Source of the DNA: Octopus vulgaris | Taxonomy: Eukaryota | NCBI GenBank assembly: GCA_951406725.2 | Contig: OX597826.1 | Coordinates: forward strand, 66,526,001-66,590,000 | Reading direction: 5' to 3' | DNA: 64,000 nt | Shown here: positions 26,105-41,280 of the stretch, piece by piece | Numbering within the stretch: the stretch's first letter is position 1 | How the letters are laid out: each line of letters begins with the position of its first letter | Position numbers and translations under genes: made by a program | The notes under the pieces: generated by a model | What the model was told of the DNA's origin: nothing | Database searches by the model: none | The model's input: only the letters and a program-made list of their open reading frames with translations

Positions 26105-27360
26105 CATTATTCAGTTTATTTCAAGATTTCTTGTCAATAGAGAAAGAACCGGTTTCTAACCTACATCCAACGCTCCTTCATTGGAATTTCAATATCAACA
26201 ACTGGGTATTTTTGTATGTATGTATGTATGTATGTATGTATGTATGTATGTATGTATGTATGTATGTATGTATGTATGTATGTATGTGTGTGTGTATGTA
26301 TGTGTGTATGTATGTATGTATGTATGTATGTATGTATGTATGTATGTGTGTATGTATGTATGTATGTATGTATGTATGTATGTATGTATGTATGTATGTA
26401 TGTATGCATGTATGCATGTATGTATGTATGTATGTATGTATGCATGTAAGCATGCATGCATGTATTTATGTATGTATGTATGTATGTATGTGTGTATTTA
26501 TGTATGTATGTATGTATGTATGAATGTATGTATGTATGTATGTATGTATGTATGTATGTATGTATGTATGTATGTATGTATGCATGCATGCATGTATTTA
26601 TGTATGTATGTATGTATGTATGTATGTATGTATGTATGTATGTATGTATGTATGTATGTATGTATGTATGTGTGTATTTATGTATGTATGTATGTATGTA
26701 TGTATGTATGTATGTATGTATGTATGTATGTATGTATGTATTTATGTATGCATGCATGCATGTATGTATGTATGTATGTATGTATGTATGTATGTATGTA
26801 TGTATGTATGTATGTATGTATGTATGTATGTATGTATGTATTTATGTATGCATGTATGCATGTATGTATGTATGTATGTATGTATGTATGCATGCATGCA
26901 TGTATGTATGTATGTATGTATGTATGTATGTATGTATGAATGTATGAATGTATGTATGTATGTATGTATGTATGTATTTATGTATGTATGTGTGTATGTA
27001 TGTATGTATGTATGTATGTATGTATGTATGTATGTATGTATGTATGTGCAGATTTGTATGTTTTATCTATGTATTTTCATATATATAGTTGCATATCTAT
27101 ATAGTCGCTCATATATATTTAAATGATAAACTTCTGGAAAGTTTTACAGATTTTTACAGTTCCAGTGATGGATTGGATCTGTAGACTTCGAATCAGCTTT
27201 CTCCTTTCTGGTTTTGGGAATCCTAATTTCTCATGATTGGTATTTAGGCAGAGTGTTACATATCCCAGGGCCCCAATAATTACAGGTATAGGTGTTCTCT
27301 TTTTCATTGATCTTCAGCTTTACGTTAACATCCGCTGGGCAGCTAATTTACACTTTTCTT
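26105..27360 (-). mobile_element. 3' fragment of a second RLE-type LINE with expanded (TACA)n
   Basis: Minus strand ISCPADVNVKLKINEKENT / IPVIIGALGYVTLCLNTNHEKLGF...SITGTVKICKTFQKFII* (stop 27119). The IIGALG motif parallels IIVGALG in the 3899-5670 element. Inclusion of 26105-26212 as distal 3'UTR is inferred. Confidence 0.72.
26213..27047. repeat. (TATG)n microsatellite, ~830 bp
   Basis: Direct reading, with recurrent variants TGCA and TTTA. Confidence 0.98.
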
Positions 27361-27792
27361 GTATGCGTGTATGTATGTATGTATGTATGTATGTATGTAT
27401 GTATGTATGTGTGTATGTATGTATGTATGTGTGTATGTATGTATGAATGTATGTATGTATGTATGAATTATGTATGTGTATGTGTGTGCAATTATGTGTA
27501 TGCTTTTATTTTTCTAATCTTTTACTTGTTTCATGCACTGGACTGTGGCCATACTGCAGCATCAATTTGAAAAGTTCAGTCGAACAAATGGACGTCCCGG
27601 TACTCATTTCTAAAGTTTGCTACTTGTTGTATCGGTAGCTGTTGCTGAACTGCAATTTTACGCGGAAGTAAACGAATTAACACCGGTTGCCAAGCAGTGG
27701 TGTGGTATACGTGTGCGTATGTGTGTGCGCGCGCGTGTGTGTGTGTGTGTGTGTTTATGAGAGACAGGCACGCACACAGGCACACAAGCACA

Positions 27793-27848
<56 letters not shown>

Positions 27849-28214
27849 CATACACATATATACATACATATGTACATATTCACTCTCTCACACACACACA
27901 CACATATACATATACATATATATATATATGTCTATGTAACTCTAAGAAAGTTAGGGGTTGCGAATCCAACCCAATAAGGGATAATATCTATCCAATATAC
28001 GGTTGGTAGAATACCCAATTATTAATACATTGCAATTAACTTACCTTGTGCACTAAATGGGTGAAGGTAAAGAGATATCTTACCATTAACTTATATTGCA
28101 AATAAGAAAATAGAGAACAATAGTTGGTTCATCAACTTTAGGACATTAAAAATGTTAACTTATTTATATAAATACATACATATACATATATATGTCTGTG
28201 TATTTATATTTATA

Positions 28215-28263
<49 letters not shown>

Positions 28264-28405
28264 CATAAGGGACTAAAGCCATCTGAATATGGCTAGGGAC
28301 AGGGCAGGGTGGTGGGGGTGTTACTGTTGCATTTAGCCCCAGGCGAACATCAACGTCGCCAGATAGGCTTGACACCATCACGGCATACTCATATATGTGT
28401 GCATT

Positions 28406-28512
<107 letters not shown>

Positions 28513-28584
28513 GCATATATATACACACATATATATGTGTGTGTGTTTACATATATACTTATGTGTGTGGGTGTATGTATATAA

Positions 28585-28624
<40 letters not shown>

Positions 28625-29218
28625 ATACGTGAATACATATGTGAGCATACATGCGTGTGTGTGTGTATATATATATATATGTATGTAGTACGCATACATG
28701 ATACGTGTATATGGATACATAGTGTTATACATAAACTCACAAGCGTATCACATACAGATGTACTTGTGTGTGATTCTGTGTGTGTGAATGTGTGTGTAAA
28801 CGACACTTAGCAAGGCTCCCTCTGGGCCGTCGCTGAACCTGTTAGAAGTCGCTCCCAACTCTCCCTCAAACAGAACCTTAACATTTTAGATAAGGAACAG
28901 AAAAAAACTAGATAACGTAGACATACATACATACATACAGTACATACCCTTAATCGATGGGTTGGTCACTTCTGGAACGCCGTTGATCATTGCGGCCTGC
29001 TGAACCAGGGCTGCTGACCTGCGGCTAAACTTCAACAACAACAACAACAACAACAACAACAACGAACAGTAATTCAATATGATTTCCATCACCCCCTCAC
29101 CCCCCCCCCCCTATTGACCTTCATGTATTATTCCTCCCCCCACACCTTCTCCCCTACGTACACACATATACACACATTCAGACACATAGAAAAAACACTA
29201 GAGAAGCAATCTCACACG

Positions 29219-29250
<32 letters not shown>

Positions 29251-29505
29251 TCTCCCAGCTGTCTTTAGTGAATTCCCATGCTTTTCATATGTTGTACTTA
29301 CTTCAGCCGGTACAACTGCACTACAAGTATGTAAGGTCGACCTGCTTTAGGTGGAGATAGATACTGACATATAGAGAAGATAGAGAGATTGTAAGACAGA
29401 GAGAGAGAGAGGGAGGGAGTGAGTGAGAGATACAGAGAGGGAAATGGTCTAAGACAGACGTAGATAGATAGATAGACAGATAGACAAATAGAGTGGCGGA
29501 GTGAG

Positions 29506-29545
<40 letters not shown>

Positions 29546-29994
29546 TGTGTGTGTGTGTGTTTAAGCGGGCAAGTGACAGACTAAGAGAGTGAGAGAGAGT
29601 GAAAATGAGGAAGAGGAGTCTAAAGCGTGTGTATGCATGCGTGCGTGCGTGCGTGCGTGTGTATGCGTGCGTGTGTATGTGTGTGCATGCCTCTGCGTGT
29701 AGGCTTGCGTGCTTGTGTGTGGGAGAGGGGTGGGATGTGCGTGTATATGTGTGTGTATGTATGTGTTTGTGCGTGTTTTTGTGTGTGTGTGTGTGTGTGT
29801 GTACCATACATTTTGTCACTCAAATTCTAATGATGTCGTCATGACCTTCGGCCACTTGACAGCTAGATAAATAGCTATACATTTGTGCGTGTGCGTGTGC
29901 GTGCGTAGGTGCGTGCACCTATGTGTGTGAGTGCGTGTTCAGTGCGTGTGTATGTTTTTACGCGCAGTTATATATGCACGCATATATTATACAT

Positions 29995-30059
<65 letters not shown>

Positions 30060-30455
30060 TATATATATGATTATATAATATATATGTATATGCATATACG
30101 GACATATATGTACATATATATACATTATATATATATATATGCATGTATGTATATATATATATATATACGCTTTTACTCTTTTACTTGTTTCAGTCATTTG
30201 ACTGTGGCCATGCTGGAGCACCGCCTTTAGTCGGGCAAACTGACCCCAGGAGTTATTCTTTTGTAAGTCTAGTACTATTTTATCGATCTCTTTTGCCGAA
30301 CAGCTAAGTAACACCGACGTAAACACACCAGCATCGGTGTTGGGGGGACAAACACAGACACACAAACACACACACATATGCATATATATATATACATGTA
30401 TGTATAAATATATATTTACTATATTATTTGTATAATAAATTTATTGTGTGCATGC

Positions 30456-30502
<47 letters not shown>

Positions 30503-30600
30503 TAGATATGATTATATATATAATTATATCCATATATTTACATATATATTTATGTATACATATATACACACGCAAGTGGATATATATATATATATATATG

Positions 30601-30704
30601 TATACGTATATATGTATATTTGTATGCACACACATAGTTATATAACTAGATGCATGCATGCCTCCATGCATATACATACATATACATATACGTACATACA
30701 TATA

Positions 30705-30740
<36 letters not shown>

Positions 30741-30859
30741 CATATATGTATGTACGTATATGTATATGTATGTATATGTATATGCATGGAGGCATGCATG
30801 CATCTAGTTATATAACTCTGTGTGTGCGTGTGTGCATACAAATATACATATATACGTAT

Positions 30860-30860
<1 letters not shown>
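30601..30860. repeat. ~260-bp inverted repeat centred on (TA)n
   Basis: 30636-30672 is the exact reverse complement of 30781-30817, and the arms extend further out with indels. Confidence 0.9.
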
Positions 30861-30893
<33 letters not shown>

Positions 30894-30954
30894 ATATATA
30901 CGTACATACATACATATATGTATACATTTATGTATATACTTAAATATGTAGAAA

Positions 30955-31011
<57 letters not shown>

Positions 31012-31766
31012 TGTATATATATTTAGATATATATGTGTGTGTGTCTGTATGTGTGTGTATAAAACAATGCGATGTAATGGCGGTGCGTGTGCGAGCAAAT
31101 CAAATCAAACAGTGGACGTGGCGGGGGGGGGGGAGAGGGAGGGGAGATACTATTACCGGTACAGATGTACCGACTATAAACAATGTTATATTACTAACTC
31201 TCCATGCCTTCACCCGCACCTCCAACCTTTTTCACACCCCCAACACCCCACCTCACCACCACTGCCACCACAACCACCACCACCACCACCACTATGACTA
31301 CAGCCACCGCTCCCATCACCACCGCCGCCGCTACCCCCACCATCATCACTGTGGTATGATAATCATCAAGGCAAGAGGCGGGGAAGATATTTTATGACAG
31401 GGAAAAAAAAAGGAAAACTCTGAATTATCATTATTATTATTATTATTATTTTTATTATATTATTGTTTTTTTACTAATGTTTGGGGGTGGTTTCCAGATT
31501 TTTCCAGATTGTTCTTAATAAATTGTCTTTTTTTGTTTTTCTTAGTTTTTTTTTTTATTATTATTATTATTTTCGGTGTGTGTGTGTGTGGGGGGGGGGC
31601 AACGGGGAAATGGAATTTTTTGAAGTAAATATTTTTTATATTTTGTTTTATTAATTTATATTTAAGCTGGTGATTGTCTGTCTGTCTATCTATCTATCTA
31701 TCTATCTATTGATCTATCTATCGGTCTATCTCTCGGTCTGTAACTATCCGTTTTCTATCTGTCTGC

Positions 31767-31799
<33 letters not shown>

Positions 31800-31941
31800 A
31801 CATGCATGCACATATATATGCATACACATTCATACATGCATTCATATATACATACATACACATATATACATACATACATACACATATATACATACATACA
31901 CATATATATATATACATACACATACATGGCAGCAGTAATTT

Positions 31942-31988
<47 letters not shown>

Positions 31989-32485
31989 ATTACCGTAGTA
32001 GTAATTATTGTAGTAGTAGTAGTAGTAGTAGTAGCAGTAGTAGTAGCAGCAGCAGCAGCAGTAGCAACAACTTGACTTCTCTATAAGGAAACGGTGTTGG
32101 GTATATACGGGAGTTGGAAGGTGGCGGTGGTGGAGGTGGGGGTGGGTGGTGGGGGGTGGTGGTAAAAGTAGGTGTGCTTGATTACAAAATCAACGACTTT
32201 TTTTTTTTTATATACTTAACTATATTTCTTTTTTATTTTTATTGATAGAAAAAAAAAAAAGGAAAACAAGAGAAAAATTAACAAAAGACAAAAAAAAAAA
32301 AAAAAAACTTAAAGCAGACGACATTTTCATTTTAGAAATTTTTTATTGTTTTATCATCTGCTTTTTTTTTTCTTTTTTCTTTTTTTTCCTTAGTTTTAGC
32401 ATGTTCACGGTTTTTCTCAGTCCAGACCCCTCTTACTTCACCTCTGTCATTTTCTCCCGCCCTCCCTCACTCTCCCTATCTCTCC

Positions 32486-32535
<50 letters not shown>

Positions 32536-32559
32536 TCAACTCCTCATTCTCTTCTTCCT

Positions 32560-32594
<35 letters not shown>

Positions 32595-32754
32595 AAACAC
32601 ATACATATATGCACTCATTCGTACGCCCATTTAGCTTCTTTCTTTCTTTCTTTCTTTTTAATTTCTCTCTCTGTCTCTGTCTCTTTCAAACACTCTAACT
32701 TTCTGTATATCTTTCTCTCTCTTTTTTCTTTCTTTCTTTCTTTCTTTCCTTCCT

Positions 32755-32802
<48 letters not shown>

Positions 32803-33278
32803 TTCCACTTTTTTTTTTCTTTCTCACCCTTTTGCGGTGGGCCGATACGAGAAAACGGGGCGTGTTTGAAGCTCTGTTCAATCAAATCATCATCAAATAT
32901 ATAAATATATATACATATATATATATATGTATATATATATGTATATATATATATATATGTATGCATGAATATATATATATATACAAATATATATATATTT
33001 ATGTTAATATATGTATATATATATATATATATGTATATACATATATATATATATGATATATATATATAAATAAATATACATATATATATATATGTCCATA
33101 TATATATATATATATATATATGTATACGTATTCACATTGTGTCTATATATATAGACATTGGTGGAGAAAGCTCAGACATTTCGGCCAAAACCAATACCAA
33201 TAGCAAGTCGAAGCTCTCAAATCCTGAACCAACACCAGAAGCAGAAGCAATCCTCAGAACTGCCCAAAGAATCTCAGA

Positions 33279-33558
33279 ATGCCGCCAATAGAAGCAATCG
33301 AAGAAACCTACGAATCAACAAGCCTTTTTGGCAACGACAAATCACTGGCTAGCGAACTGTTACAGAATCGTCTCAGGTCCAAACCCAGACCCAACAGACA
33401 GTGGCAGGCGATCGCTTCCTCAGCGACCGGTTTCTTACCCGGCTGGGTTATAACGTGGTTCGTTCTCACAGCTGCCATTTGCACCTGGGACGCCAGTTTC
33501 ATCATGTTGCGACCACTTTCCTTCCCCGAGGGACGTCTCTCACAATTTTGGTATCCCT
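33279..33558 (+). CDS. EXPERA/EBP-superfamily membrane protein, coding exon 1
   Basis: ATG at 33279 with an in-frame stop upstream. Encodes MPPIE...WVITWFVLTAAICTWDASFIMLRPLSFPEGRLSQFWYP and ends at the donor T|GTAAGT (33559, phase 1). The WDxxFxxLRP...WxPY pattern is typical of an EXPERA-domain subfamily. Confidence 0.88.
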
Positions 33559-33568
33559 GTAAGTAGAC

Positions 33569-33628
<60 letters not shown>

Positions 33629-36182
33629 GCCTTCTTTCTTTCATTTCTTTTTCTTATCCTCCTCGTTCTCTTCTTTCTCTTTCTACTTTTCTCTTCTTCT
33701 TCTTCTTCTTCTTCTTCTTCTTCTTCTTCTTCTTCTTCTTCTTCTTCTTCTTCTTCTTCTTCTTCTTCTTCTTCTAATTTTCATATAAAAACATTTTCCT
33801 TCTCATAAAAATCTTTTCTTTTCTAACCTTTTATTTTTTTTTCTCGTACAATTAATTTTCCCCGTTTCTTCTCTCTCTCTCTCTCTCTCTTTTTTTGGTG
33901 GGGTTTACCATTTCTCTTCTTTCATTTTAAAATCTGAATATTTATCACAATTTCAATGTTTCAATTATAATTTCATTATAGACAGTGCAGAGAGCTGATC
34001 AGCTGCCAGAAACTAAGCGCTTTACAGAATTTTCCCTACCTTCTATTTTTCTATTTCAGTTCATTTCCTGCTTCGGTTGATTTATTTTCTCTTTCATTAA
34101 CCCCAAACTCAGTTACAGTAAATCCCAAACAAACACAGAGGGGTCAAGGCCAATATCTACTCCACCATTCTCCTTGGCAGCAACTGCACCACCAATAGCA
34201 TTTCTGCCATACATACAAGAATACAAGAGGGCATCCTCGCTTTCGGTATGCTAAAATTATTAACCGGAAACCTTCATACCACACTAACAACTACACTGAA
34301 AAAGGGAGGACACATTGGATAATGTAGTTCTAGATACACTTATGTTTGAGGAAAAAATAACGGGATGGTCGCGACATGAACATCAGTGACGATAGGGCTT
34401 GCGGGAGAAAGATTGACCTGGGGTTAAACGACACCAACCTTGTACTAGATGTAAGAAACTCTCCTGAGCAGTGAAGAAGGGTGACAGGATTAAATGAATG
34501 CGGTCAGGTTTGTCTCTCGAGATTCTAAGATCGAATCTTACGAGAGAAGAATTGATCGTTCACTCTTACAAATACGATATTTTAACCCTATAGGTGTTAA
34601 TTCTAGTTCTTAATTGTAGCTCTGCAATACAACAGTATCTTTTAATAATGACCCTTAACTTTTAATCCTAAAACTTAAATCTAGATAATAAACTTGCCAT
34701 TAGCTCCAGCCCTTAACTCTTGCCTTAAACTCTAGACTTTAATTCTAGTTCTTAACTTTAGATTTTTAAATGATACGCTTGATTGAAGATCTTATTGCAC
34801 CCGTGGTTCTCCGACTGTACGTTGCCGCTTACAAAGCTCTGCAGAGTGTATCTAGATGCACACTTCGGATTAAAAAATATAATTTAAAATTTTATATAAC
34901 CTATGCTAATACTTGAGAATCTTGAAAAACGTGTTATTCATATTGTTATATAATCAATAGAAAAAGTCAACCAATAATTTCCCTGTATTTTTTCCCACAT
35001 TTTTTTTACGCTAAAACATAGTTTTTTTTTTTAAAAAAGAAACTTACAATGCAAAGTATGTCAGTAAACTATATTTAAAATTTAGTCTCCGGTGCATTTC
35101 GAAACCAAAATGACTGAGGACGACACTCATACGAATAGTTTTAAGCGTGAAAGAAAATGTGTTGCTTTTAAAACTCTTTACTAAAATAAAAAAACAAAAA
35201 AACAGAACGTCAACAAATACGATATTTTTCATATACATTGAGGAGGTATTGAAAAGAAGTACATAAGCTTTACTGAAGGTCGTTTTTCGTTCTGATAACA
35301 AAAGAAACTTCAACTGTTCTCAATTTATGACTTCCGGGTGCTCTAAGTTTTGAAACAGTTTGCCGTAAAGTTTTGTGTCATATTTCTTTACGTTCTAAGC
35401 TCAGTCTCTCGTCCAAGTTGATGTTACCGTTCATTTTTCTGCGGCTGTCAAAGTACTGCACGGTCAGTTTAACAGAACTTTGTCGCCTCTTAAAAGACTA
35501 TCTGATCTTGCGCTTATGTAACGATTGGTGATAATTGCTATCGTTTATAAGGACGGTGAAAGCCGGGAGCTGGCAGTATCCTTTAGCATGCCGTACAAAA
35601 TGAGGTGCAGCATTTCGTCCGTCTCTACGTTCTGAGTTAATATTCCTCCGAGGTCGACTTTTCCTTTCATCCTTTCAGGGTCAATGAAATAAGGAAGAAA
35701 TTGTGTACTGGGGTTGATGTAGTCGACTAGACCCTCCTCTAAAAAATTTCAGGCCCTGTGTGTATAGCAGAAAGCTTTTAGGGAAGGTAGATTAGCAGAA
35801 TCGTAAGAGCGTCGGACAAAATATCTTGCTGGTTCACGTTTGGTTCTTTGCTATCTGAGTTCAAATCTCGCCGAGATCAACTTAACTTTTTTTTTTTTTT
35901 TTCCTTTCGGGATCGATAAAAAAAAGAACATTAGTCAAATGCAAGGGGTCGATTTGAATCGACTAATCACATTCCCTCGAAACCACAGGCCTTACGCATA
36001 TATTTGAAATTAATAGCATGATTTACGAGAAGCGTCATGTCTTCGAAGACAATATTTTTGGACAACATTCCTGGCTTGTGTTAATTCCTACTCATTGTTT
36101 AATCCTTATCCACAAATCGCCAAAATTCGCCAAAGTTTCGCTTATTTATTTATTTATTCACTCATTCATTCTAACAATGTCG

Positions 36183-36852
<670 letters not shown>

Positions 36853-37662
36853 AAAAGGCGTTGTGAAACTTGAGTTTTCAACTGTGAGAACCATCCATTT
36901 GGAATTTTGTTGTCCCAACTGCCTCGGCTGAGGGAACTTAGGATAATAACGAGGGAAGAGAGTAAGCGATATAAGTCCGTGACAATATGAAAGAATATGG
37001 CAAAGAACAACAGGGGAAAAGCGAAAAAAAAAAAAAAAGGTGGGAGAAGAAGAAGGAGGAAGCAATATTGCCGGTTTCAGAGCAAAAAAAAAAAAAAAAA
37101 AAAAAAACAACGCGAAAACGTATGAGGGCGTGGATAGCAACAGAAAATAGCAGAAGATGAGGAGAGAGAGAGTAAAAGGGTTAAAGATGAAGAAGGCGGG
37201 AGTAAGCATTGAGTATAAGATATAGATTTAGGATGAGAAGTATTTAATTCATTAACGACTGTTACAGGAGTATGGCGCATGGCTGCTTCTTCTTCTTATC
37301 ATCATTGTTATCTTCTTCTTCTTTCTTTCTTTCTTTCTTTCTTTCTTTTTTTTTTTCTTCTTTTTTAGGATTTCTTCCTTAAAATGCAGCATTTTTTTCG
37401 TTTGATGTTTACGTTCTGAGTTCAAATTCCGCAGGAGACGACTTTGCCGTTCATTCTTTCAGGGTCTATAAAATAAGGACTAGTCGTGTACTAGGGTCGA
37501 TGTAAACGACTAGCCCCCTTATCCACACCATCATCGTCGCCGTTGTTGTTGTTATTATTATTATCATTATTATTATTATTATCATTATTATTCTTGTTGT
37601 TGTTTTTGTTGTTGTTATTGTTATTGTTATTATTATTATTATTATTGTTGTTGTTGTTGTTG

Positions 37663-37694
<32 letters not shown>

Positions 37695-38700
37695 GTTATA
37701 ATACTAACGCGGCGAGCTGGCAGAATCGTTAGCATACCGGGCGAAATGCTTCGCGGTATTTCTTCCGCCGCTACGTTCTGAGTTCAAATTCCGCCGAGGT
37801 CGATTTTGCCTTTCATTCTTTCGGGGTCGATTAAATAAGTACCAGTAAAACGCTGGGGTCGATGTAATCGACTAGTTTCCTCCACTAAAATTTCAAGGCC
37901 TTGTGCCTCCATCAAAAAGGATTATTATTATTTGTATAGAATTGTTTCTATCTATCTATGTATCTATCTATCTGTCTGTCTCTATCTATCTATCTGTCTG
38001 TCTCTATCTATTTATCTATCTATCTATCTGTCTGTCTGTCTCCGCGCTAGCTATCTGTCTGTCTATCTATCTGTCTGTCTGTCTGTCTATCACCACTTCT
38101 TTTTTTTCCTTACTGTCTATCGATATCTACCCGCACGCGTACACATATGCACACGCACGCATACAAGCACATTAATGCGTTTTTATACGTATAAATGTAT
38201 TTGTTTATGCATGTCTGACTATTTCTATGAATGCATGTATACAAGCGTATATCGAATGAAAAATTATACGAGTGACTCAAAGGCTACAAGTTTCGTGCGT
38301 CGCACATATCAAACTAACTTACGCATACATACACACACACACGCACAGGCACTCACACACATGCATACACTCACACCCACACGCACACACATATGTTTAT
38401 ATTCATTCACACATATGTGTATATATGTATGTATGTATATATATATGTATGTATATTGCGTGTGTGCATGTGAGCATGCGCATGTTTGCATAAGCACTCA
38501 CAAATAGGCTCACACACGCACACAGACACGCACACATACACACACAAATACGCATATACGCTTCTGTTTGTTACGTGTGTGTGTGTGTATGTGTGTGTGT
38601 GTGTCTATGCGTGTGTGTCAATGTATATTAAAGTAGGTCCTGACATTTTCTGTATTGCCCGTACCCTAATTAAGCACGCTGCCACCCGCATACAGTCATG

Positions 38701-38736
<36 letters not shown>

Positions 38737-39379
38737 CGCGTGTATGTGTGGGTGTCCGTGTGTGCGTGTGTGTGCGTGTGTGCATGTGTGTGTGTGTGTG
38801 CGTGTGTGCTTTATTGTGTATGTGATACGTGTGTGTATACGCCGGCGCGTGTATGCGCGTGTGTGTGCATGTATACGTGTATGTGTGTATACCTGTGAGT
38901 ATGTTTATGTGTATGTGTGTATATGCATGTGTGTATGTATGTGTACGTGCGCATGTACGCGTATATGTATATCTATGTGCCTCTGTATGTGTATGTGTGT
39001 ACATATGTGTCTATGTATATATGTGTGTGTGTGTGTATATGTATGGATGTCCACATGCATGTTTGTGTGTGAATGCATGTGTGTATGTGTGTGTGTGTGT
39101 GTGTTTGTGTGTGTGTGTGCGTGTGCCTGACAGTTGGGACTGCTATAGTTATTAAGCAGCGGTGGTGCATTAAAGAGGAAGGAGGTTCAAGGCTTGAATG
39201 AGGGTGTTGTATTTCCGTCAGAAATATTTAGAGCAGTAAGTGAAGACATTCTAACTGGGAATCGAAACCGGATCGTGTAATCCATTCGACGATCAAAGAG
39301 AATAGTTGTTATGGGTAGAGGAAGCATATTTTAACTAACTCGTTCGTTCTATGCGTATGTGTGCGTGTCGGAATGTGGC

Positions 39380-39429
<50 letters not shown>

Positions 39430-39651
39430 GGTGCGCGCGCGTGTGTGTGCGTGCGTGTGTGTATGCATGTGTGTGTGTGTGTATTCTTTTATTGTTGACT
39501 GCGGCCATGCTGGAGCACCGCGTTTAGTCGAACAAATCGGCCCCAAGACTTATTCTTTGTAAGCCTAGTACTTATTCTATCGGTTACTTTTGCCGAATCG
39601 CTAAGTTGCGGGGACGTGAACACACCAGCATCGGTTGTCAAGCGGTAGTGG

Positions 39652-39716
<65 letters not shown>

Positions 39717-39799
39717 TAGACACACACACGCACATAGACACACACACGCACACACAGACACACATAGACACACACACGCACACACAGACACACACACAC

Positions 39800-39853
<54 letters not shown>

Positions 39854-40285
39854 GCGCGCGACGGGCTTAATCCTTTCACAATGTTTTGATCGGCCCGAGG
39901 TGCCATGGTCTGTCCAAGGTGTGTCCACGGTCTGGGACTGGATCCGGAACCATGTGGCTGGTAAGCAAGCTACTAACCACACAGCCACTCCTGCGCCTAC
40001 GCATGTCAACAAATGACATTCTACATATGTTGTAAAGTCGGCGTGCTAGCAGAATGCTTAGCGCTACGGATAAAGTTCTTACCGGTATCTCTTCCGCCTT
40101 TACGTTATGAGTTCAAATTCCGCCGTGGTCGACTCCGTCTTCGACTGCGGCCGTGCTGGGGCACTGCCTTGAAGAATTCAAAGTCGAATGCATCGACCCG
40201 AGCACTTACGGTTGTTAAGCAGTGAGGAAGAGGTGGACGCGCACACGTACACACACACACACACACACACACTCACAGGCACACA

Positions 40286-40328
<43 letters not shown>

Positions 40329-40508
40329 AAACACACACACACATATATACGACGTTTCCGTCTGCCAAATCCACTGACAAGGCATTGGTCGACCTGGGGC
40401 TATGGTGGAAGACACTTACCTAAGGTGCCACGCTGGGGGACTGAACCCTGAACCATGTGGTTGGGAAGTAAGCTTCGTAACACACAGCAACATACATACA
40501 TACATACA

Positions 40509-40539
<31 letters not shown>

Positions 40540-40709
40540 GCATACGTACATACACACATATACACATACATATAGGTAATATATACCTATGTAGATATAT
40601 GTATATATAGAGATAGATAGACAGGGGAAGAGATAGAGGATAGAAAACGAGATAGATTGATATACAACACACACACATATATATATGTAGAGAAGCAGTG
40701 AATGAAAGC

Positions 40710-40755
<46 letters not shown>

Positions 40756-41008
40756 GAGTAAGACTTAATCAATTAGACACAAATTTTCACATTTATTGGT
40801 TACTACATCAAATATTTTAGCTCCTGTCTGTTTAAACACTCTCTCACACACACGCACGCATACACATACACACACACACACATTTACGTCAGTCGTTAGA
40901 TATCACCCTTTAATGAATTAAGATTTTTACTTCAAAGTACCCTATCTCATATTTAACCAACATAGTTCTCTTAAGTCAAATTTCATTATCTCTGTAATGT
41001 AGTTATTA

Positions 41009-41280
41009 CCTCTCATTGATATATTATATAACCACGTATATCTCTCATTGATATATTATGTAACCACTTCTACCTCTCATTCAATATTATATAACCACTT
41101 CTATCTCTCATTCATATATTATATAACCACTTCTATCTCTCATTCATATATTATATAACCACGTCTATCTCTCATTCATATATTATATAACTATTTCTAT
41201 CTCTCATTCATATATTATATAACTACTTCTATCTCTCATTCATATATTATATAACCACTTCTATCTCTCGTTGATATATT
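41009..41280. repeat. 32-bp minisatellite, ~8.5 copies
   Basis: Unit TCTCTCATTCATATATTATATAACCACTTCTA. Confidence 0.93.
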
